The translations under genes were made by a program, and so were the position numbers. Below, piece after piece: positions 58,867-64,000 of a DNA stretch of 64,000 nt. Within the stretch, counting starts at the first letter, position 1, and the number at the start of each line of letters is the position of its first letter. Below the pieces are notes generated by a model. That model searched no databases and was not told the DNA's origin. It was given only the letters and a program-made list of their open reading frames with translations. The DNA comes from Thermoanaerobaculia bacterium. GTDB lineage: Bacteria > Acidobacteriota > Thermoanaerobaculia > UBA5066. The stretch spans positions 1 through 64,000 of the forward strand of contig JBBRRY010000012.1 of the NCBI GenBank assembly GCA_038245905.1, given 5' to 3'.

Positions 58867-61026
58867 TTACCGCGCGTGGACTTTTGCGACGTCGAGATCG
58901 GTTCCGGTGCCGTGGCAGGTGCCGCAGGCCTCGGCCGGGACGGTGGGGTTCTTCGGGAAGAACGACGTGTTGATGAAGGCGTGCGAGACGACGTCGCGGC
59001 TGTCATGGCAGCCCGTGCAGGCGGCCGTGGCCGAGCCCATCGGCGAGAAGAAATCGCGATCGGTCACGACCGGCTGGTTCGTGATCGGGAGCGGAAGCGA
59101 GACCGCGGCCGCGTTCACATGGCAGGCAAGGCAGTTCCGGCGGTCGCCGGGGTACCTGACCTCGTTGAAGTTCGCGGCGCTGCCGCCGAAGCCGTAGATC
59201 GTGTAGTCCTGCTGGAGCTCCTCGCCCGTGTGGATCCGGTGGATCATGCGGGCGAACTCGATCGACTCGCCGGGGTTCTGCGAGCCGTCCACCGGACGGC
59301 GGCCGATGTCGCTGCCCTGCGGGTTGTGGCAGATGACGCAGTGCTCGATCGTGATGCGCTGGTTGCCGTGCGAGAAGAGGATGTCGAGGCGGTCGTGGCA
59401 GGCGTTGCACTTCGTGAGCGAGACGACCGTCCGGCGCGGGACGACCGTGGTGCCCGTGACCGCGACATTGAACGGAATGTTCGGGGCGCCCTCGTTTACC
59501 GTCGCCGGGCCCTTCACGGGAGCCGGGTTCAGCGTGTACGCGCGCCGCGTCTCGATCGAGAACGTGTACGTGCCCTTGGCGGCTGCCGGGATCGCGTTCG
59601 TGAAGGTGTAGACCGCGGTGCCGTCGGCGGCGTTGTACGTCGCGTTCTGCATGGCCTCGCGGAACGGCTGGCCGACCCCGGCCTCGCCCGCGTTCAGGTA
59701 GTCGGTCGTGGGCCCGCCGGCGATGATGTTCAGCGTGCCATTCGCGGCGACCTTGAAGTAGCCCGGGTCGACCGGGGTGTTGTCGCCGTTCGCGAGCTTG
59801 AACGTGACGATCGGCTTCTTTCCGGCGGCAAAGTTCGTGACGGAGATGATCGACGCCTTGAAGCCCTTGAGCTGGGCCGACTTCAGGGGAACGACGTGGG
59901 CGTTCTTGATGCCGGCGTCCCACTCGACGCTGCCCTGGGGCTGGTGGCAGGTGGCGCACGTGGCGTCCGTGGCCGGACCGGCCACGTGGTTGGCGCCCGT
60001 CGTGAAGTTCACGTCGTCGTGGCAGGAACCGCATGCCGCGCTCGACGGGTTCGTGTACCACACGGCGGCCTGCGCGGGCTTGGAGGCCGCTACCGTGCCC
60101 TCGTGGCAGTTCGCGCAGTTGCGGATGTCCTGCGGGTACGCCAACGTGGAGTAGTCGTTGACCGACTGGCCGAACCCGATGATCTGGTAGGGCGTTCCAG
60201 CGACCACGCTCGGAAGGTGCTCACCGGCGTGGATCTTGTGGACCATGACCTTCATGTCGACGGTGTTGCCGGTGTCGGGGTCGACCGTCTGGGGCTGGTG
60301 GCAGAGGACGCAGAGCTTCACGTCCTGCCGCGAGCCGCCGTGGGCCGAGAGCGGGTCGTGACAGTTGTTGCAGCTCGTGGTCTGGTTGATCTTGAGCCAC
60401 TTGTCGGCGACCGCGGCTCCGTCGGGCCGGAAGTCGTACTCGAGGTTCGCGACGTAGGTCTTGCCACCGAGGATGTCGGCCGGCATGACGCGCGTGCCGT
60501 AGATGCCGATCGTCGTCGTCTTCGTCTGATCGAAGGAAGCCGGCAGCGCCGTCCCGAACGCGTACTTGAAGTGCCCCGTCTCGAGGTCCGTGTATTTCCC
60601 GCCCGAGTCCGTGCCGGCCTGGATGGCCGTCACACCCGTGATCGGGCTCGTCTGCGAGCGGGTCGTGTAGGACGTGTAGTACCGCGTCGCCGGGTCCCAC
60701 CACGCCACGATGAAGCTCGTCCCCGCCGGACCCGGCGTCAGAACGCCGAGGCGGTCGATAGGCTGGCCGGCGGTGTCCGTGATCGTCACATCCACGACGG
60801 GCTTGCGGTCGGCCCCGATCGTGACGCTGTTCACCTTGATGACGTAGCCCGGGCGGACAAAGGTGATCTGGTCCGCCGCGAGGTAGAACTCCTTGTAGCT
60901 CGACTCGTAGGCCACCGGAACATTGGCGGCTGCCGGAGCGTTGGGGCTGGTGTGCGTCACGGGCGTCATGGGCACCGCGACGAGACCAGCGAGGAGAGTA
61001 AGAGCCGTACGTGAGACCAGTGACAT
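58867..61026 (-). CDS. mtrC: Decaheme cytochrome, OmcA/MtrC family
   Basis: Beta domain - 5 hemes - beta domain - 5 hemes layout (CNNCH, CVLCH, CANCH, CGSCH, CATCH; CNACH, CVICH, CLACH, CTGCH, CGTCH). Motifs MVHKIH, YPQDIRNC, RRTVV..CNACH. AAGGAGG RBS. Confidence 0.9.
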   Translation of the reverse strand: MSLVSRTALTLLAGLVAVPMTPVTHTSPNAPAAANVPVAYESSYKEFYLAADQITFVRPGYVIKVNSVTIGADRKPVVDVTITDTAGQPIDRLGVLTPGPAGTSFIVAWWDPATRYYTSYTTRSQTSPITGVTAIQAGTDSGGKYTDLETGHFKYAFGTALPASFDQTKTTTIGIYGTRVMPADILGGKTYVANLEYDFRPDGAAVADKWLKINQTTSCNNCHDPLSAHGGSRQDVKLCVLCHQPQTVDPDTGNTVDMKVMVHKIHAGEHLPSVVAGTPYQIIGFGQSVNDYSTLAYPQDIRNCANCHEGTVAASKPAQAAVWYTNPSSAACGSCHDDVNFTTGANHVAGPATDATCATCHQPQGSVEWDAGIKNAHVVPLKSAQLKGFKASIISVTNFAAGKKPIVTFKLANGDNTPVDPGYFKVAANGTLNIIAGGPTTDYLNAGEAGVGQPFREAMQNATYNAADGTAVYTFTNAIPAAAKGTYTFSIETRRAYTLNPAPVKGPATVNEGAPNIPFNVAVTGTTVVPRRTVVSLTKCNACHDRLDILFSHGNQRITIEHCVICHNPQGSDIGRRPVDGSQNPGESIEFARMIHRIHTGEELQQDYTIYGFGGSAANFNEVRYPGDRRNCLACHVNAAAVSLPLPITNQPVVTDRDFFSPMGSATAACTGCHDSRDVVSHAFINTSFFPKNPTVPAEACGTCHGTGTDLDVAKVHAR

Positions 61027-61135
61027 CGTCAGCCTCCTTGCCGGAAATGGATCTGTGAAACGTTAACGAACAGACGTTCGAAGAAATTGGCCGTTTTCAT
61101 CCGTGGTCAGAGTAGGAGTAAGGCAATACCGAAGC

Positions 61136-61155
61136 TTTGATTCAGTTGCATCAAA
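61136..61155. promoter_or_regulatory. Palindromic candidate transcription-factor site upstream of the mtrC operon
   Basis: TTTGAT-tcagttgc-ATCAAA (16/20 positions self-complementary) in an AT-rich divergent intergenic region. Confidence 0.5.
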
Positions 61156-61262
61156 TTACTGGGACGTACAAGCTTAGGGGGCGCCAGGCACCCACTGCTC
61201 GAAAAGAGATAAGATTTCCGAGACAGAACCCGCCCATCTCGGAACTCTCGTCGGAGTACCTT

Positions 61263-62927
61263 ATGCGACGTTTCCGCAGCGCATTGCTCGCAATCGGCCT
61301 TCTCGCGACACTCGCCTGGCCGGCCCGGGCCGATGACCACTTTCTGAGGAGCGGGACCCTCTGGGTCGGAGTGGCCGACGACTTTACGAATCAAAGGGCG
61401 GATTTCCGCTACGAGCTCCGGACGGATGACGGCGAAACCCTCCGCCTTCGCTTCGCAGAGCCCCCGGAGGCTCTCCGGACGGGAGACCGAATCGCCGTTC
61501 ACGGGCGCACCCGCCCCGGAGTCTTCGACGTCGACGAGGTCGAGCCCCTCGCGTCCTCCCGCGAACCTCTCTCACGCACCGCCCTCACCGCCTGGACGCT
61601 CGGGGCGAAGCGCGTGCTCGTCATCCTGGTGAACTTCACGAACGACACCTCCCTGACCGCGGCGACCGTCACGAGCGCCCAGAGCCTCTTCTTCGGCGCC
61701 GGTTCGAGCGTGGCGCACCTCTACAACGAGGCGTCCTACGGGCTCGTCTCGATGACCGGCGACGTCGCTCTCGTGACGGCGACCGTCGCGAAGCCGACGA
61801 CGTGCGACACGAGCACGATTGCTTCGCAGGGGAATACGCAGGCCGCGGCGGCGGGCTACAACCTCGCGAGCTACAACTTCGTCCTGTGGGTGTTCCCGGG
61901 AATCGGCGCGTGCGGCTGGAACGGGCTCGGGTGGGTGGGCGGGTCGGGTGCGTGGATCAACGGCACGGGGTCTATGAGCCTTCTCGTCGCGGGCCACGAG
62001 CTGGGCCACAACTTCGGTGTCCTGCACGCGCACTCGTATGCCTGCGGGACCCTGACGATCGCGCCGTCGGGCTGCACGCGCAGCGAGTACGGAGACCGCT
62101 TCGACGTCATGGGCAACTCGCGCGCCGGACACTTCAACGCGCAATTCAAGGACAGCTTCGGCTGGCTGCCCGCGGGCTCCGTCCGGATACATGGCGGCGG
62201 ATCGGCGACGTATACGATCGGAGCGCTCGAGGCGCCGGGCCAGGGGGCGTACGCCGTGCGGATCCCGACGACGATGTCCGCCCGGACGTACTGGATCGAG
62301 TGGAGAAACCGAGCTGGTTTCGATGCGGGGGAGCCGGCGGGCGTCGTGAACGGAGGGCTCATCCGCTTCGCGCCGAGCGTCGTCGGAGGGGCCGACCTCC
62401 TCGACATGAAGCCGGCGACGGGAGGCAACTTCGATGACGCCGAGCTCGACGTCGGCGCGACGTTCACGGACCCCGAGCTCTCCCTCACGATCACGGCGCT
62501 GTCGAAGACGGCGACGTCGCTCACGGTGCAGGTGGACTACGGCGCGCCGCAGCCCGGGTCTTCGTTCCACGCATTGACGCCCTGCCGGGTCTTCGACACC
62601 CGGAATCCAGGCGGGACCTACGGCGGGCCGGCTCTCTTCGCGGGCCAGGCCCGCTCTTGGGCCATCGCCGGACAGTGCGGTGTGCCCGCGACGGCAAAAT
62701 CCATCGCCGGGAATCTCACGGTCACCGGACCGACAGCCGCCGGCTCGATCCGCCTCGTGCCCGGCGGAGCCCCGGCCACCGGCACGTCCACCGTGGCCTT
62801 CCGGGCGGGCCAGACCCGCGCGAACAACGTCACGATGGCCCTCGGCTCGAGCGGCAATATCGTGGTCGACAGCCTCCCGTCCGGGACCGCACACGTCATC
62901 TTGGACGTCGTAGGCTGGTTCGAGTGA
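61263..62927 (+). CDS. Secreted zinc metalloprotease (M11 gametolysin/M6-like) with C-terminal PCRxxDTR beta domain
   Basis: Signal peptide (..PARA), VLVILVNF, HELGHNFGVLHA, EYGD.FDVMG, and C-terminal TPCRVFDTR..CGVP..NLTV..TRANN..HVILDVVGWF. Confidence 0.85.
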   Translation: MRRFRSALLAIGLLATLAWPARADDHFLRSGTLWVGVADDFTNQRADFRYELRTDDGETLRLRFAEPPEALRTGDRIAVHGRTRPGVFDVDEVEPLASSREPLSRTALTAWTLGAKRVLVILVNFTNDTSLTAATVTSAQSLFFGAGSSVAHLYNEASYGLVSMTGDVALVTATVAKPTTCDTSTIASQGNTQAAAAGYNLASYNFVLWVFPGIGACGWNGLGWVGGSGAWINGTGSMSLLVAGHELGHNFGVLHAHSYACGTLTIAPSGCTRSEYGDRFDVMGNSRAGHFNAQFKDSFGWLPAGSVRIHGGGSATYTIGALEAPGQGAYAVRIPTTMSARTYWIEWRNRAGFDAGEPAGVVNGGLIRFAPSVVGGADLLDMKPATGGNFDDAELDVGATFTDPELSLTITALSKTATSLTVQVDYGAPQPGSSFHALTPCRVFDTRNPGGTYGGPALFAGQARSWAIAGQCGVPATAKSIAGNLTVTGPTAAGSIRLVPGGAPATGTSTVAFRAGQTRANNVTMALGSSGNIVVDSLPSGTAHVILDVVGWFE

Positions 62928-62933
62928 TCCGCG

Positions 62934-64000
62934 TCAGGTGACGGCGGGCCCCGCTCCCGCGTACCGCCGCCAGCGCTCTTCGTCGAGAACGCGCCGGAAC
63001 CGCTCGACTCCTTCGACGACGTCCAGAAACCGCGTCGTGAGCGGCGAGAGCCCGAAGCGGATCACGTCGGGTGGCCGGAAGTCCGGAATGACGTTCATTT
63101 CTCCGATGAGCGCGCGGTCGACGGCGAGGCCTTCGGGGTGCGCGAAGGAGACGTGCGCCCCGCGCCGGCCGGCTTCGCGCGGCGACCGAAGCGTCACGCC
63201 GCGCGCCTCGAGAAGCTGCTCCCACAGGCGCACGAGAAACTCCCCGAGGGCCACGGCCTTTCCCCGCGCCGGCTCGACGCCCGCCTCGAGAGCGAGATCG
63301 ACGCCCGCCTCCGCCGCGACGAGCGAGAGGATCGGCGGAGTGCCCACGAGGAACCGCGAGAGGTCCCGCGCCGGCTCGTACCCGCCCGCGAACGCAAACG
63401 GCTCGTGGTGCGAGAACCAGCCGGGGATCGGGTTGTGAAGCGTCTCCTGGAGCGCACGACGCACGTAGAGAAAAGCGGGCGCCCCCGGCCCTCCGTTCAG
63501 GTACTTGTACGTGCAGCCGACCGCGAGATCTGCGCCGGACGCCTCGAGGTCGATCGGGACCGCGCCCACGGAATGGCTGACGTCCCACAGGACGAGCGCG
63601 CCTTTCGCGTGGGCGCGCGCCGTGACGGCCCGCATGTCGTGGAGAAAGCCGCTGCGGTAGGCCACGTGGGACAGCGACACGAGGGCCGTGTCCTCCGTGA
63701 TCGCCGCGTCGAGATCCTCGTCGTCGATCGTGATTCCGTCCCGCGAGGGGACGACGACGACGCGGTGTTCCTCTCCAAGGAGAGCCGCCGCCCCTTCGAG
63801 GACGTAGAGATCCGACGGAAAGTTCAGTGCATCCGTCACGATCGTGTGGCGGCCGACCCGCGCCCGGAGCGCCGCGACGGCGAGCTTGAAGAGATTCACG
63901 CTGGTCGCATCCGAGACCGTCACTTCGCCGGGCCCCGCGCCGAGGAGGCGCGCGAGCTTGTCGCCGACGCGGCGCGGCGCGTCCACCCACCCGTCGTTCC
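62934..64000 (-). CDS. kynU: Kynureninase (5' end outside the window)
   Basis: DATSVNLFK, NFPSDLY, WDVSHSVGAVP, PLP motif GCTYKYLNGGPGAP, RRGAHVS, DFRPPD.IRFG..PL. Confidence 0.93.
   Translation of the reverse strand, partial: NDGWVDAPRRVGDKLARLLGAGPGEVTVSDATSVNLFKLAVAALRARVGRHTIVTDALNFPSDLYVLEGAAALLGEEHRVVVVPSRDGITIDDEDLDAAITEDTALVSLSHVAYRSGFLHDMRAVTARAHAKGALVLWDVSHSVGAVPIDLEASGADLAVGCTYKYLNGGPGAPAFLYVRRALQETLHNPIPGWFSHHEPFAFAGGYEPARDLSRFLVGTPPILSLVAAEAGVDLALEAGVEPARGKAVALGEFLVRLWEQLLEARGVTLRSPREAGRRGAHVSFAHPEGLAVDRALIGEMNVIPDFRPPDVIRFGLSPLTTRFLDVVEGVERFRRVLDEERWRRYAGAGPAVT

Noticed and set aside
61052-61072. Rex-like site CTGTGAAACGTTAACGAA upstream of mtrC
   Set aside because: The right half-site and spacing do not fit TTGTGAA-N4-TTCACAA.

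Overview
High-GC (about 70% by eye) bacterial chromosome segment, most likely Acidobacteriota and probably Thermoanaerobaculia-like. This assignment is inferred from a GWxTD+VWA protein and a 'PCRxxDTR' C-terminal domain. About 49 protein-coding genes are present; I saw no rRNA, tRNA, CRISPR array or transposase. The middle of the window is mostly housekeeping (ispH, parC-like, corA, ade, maf, cysteine desulfurase, aspartokinase-thrB-thrC, carB, aroC) with a small AbrB/PIN toxin-antitoxin pair and a cell-envelope glycosylation block. The standout is a 9-kb minus-strand operon (52079-61026) that appears to encode a complete quinone-to-surface electron conduit. It joins a Shewanella-type MtrC/MtrA/MtrB porin-cytochrome set, a small monoheme cytochrome, a two-gene (split) CbcL-like quinol oxidase and an ImcH-like quinol oxidase, with 38 c-heme motifs in total. 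Two more secreted multiheme cytochromes (9 and 8 CxxCH; one fused to PKD/CUB/Ig-like domains) each sit divergent from their own regulator. Other signals are a recurrent leaderless-promoter signature on housekeeping genes, a low-GC glycosyltransferase gene interrupted by a single in-frame TGA, and several candidate operator sites. All family calls come from motif recognition by eye; no database search was run.
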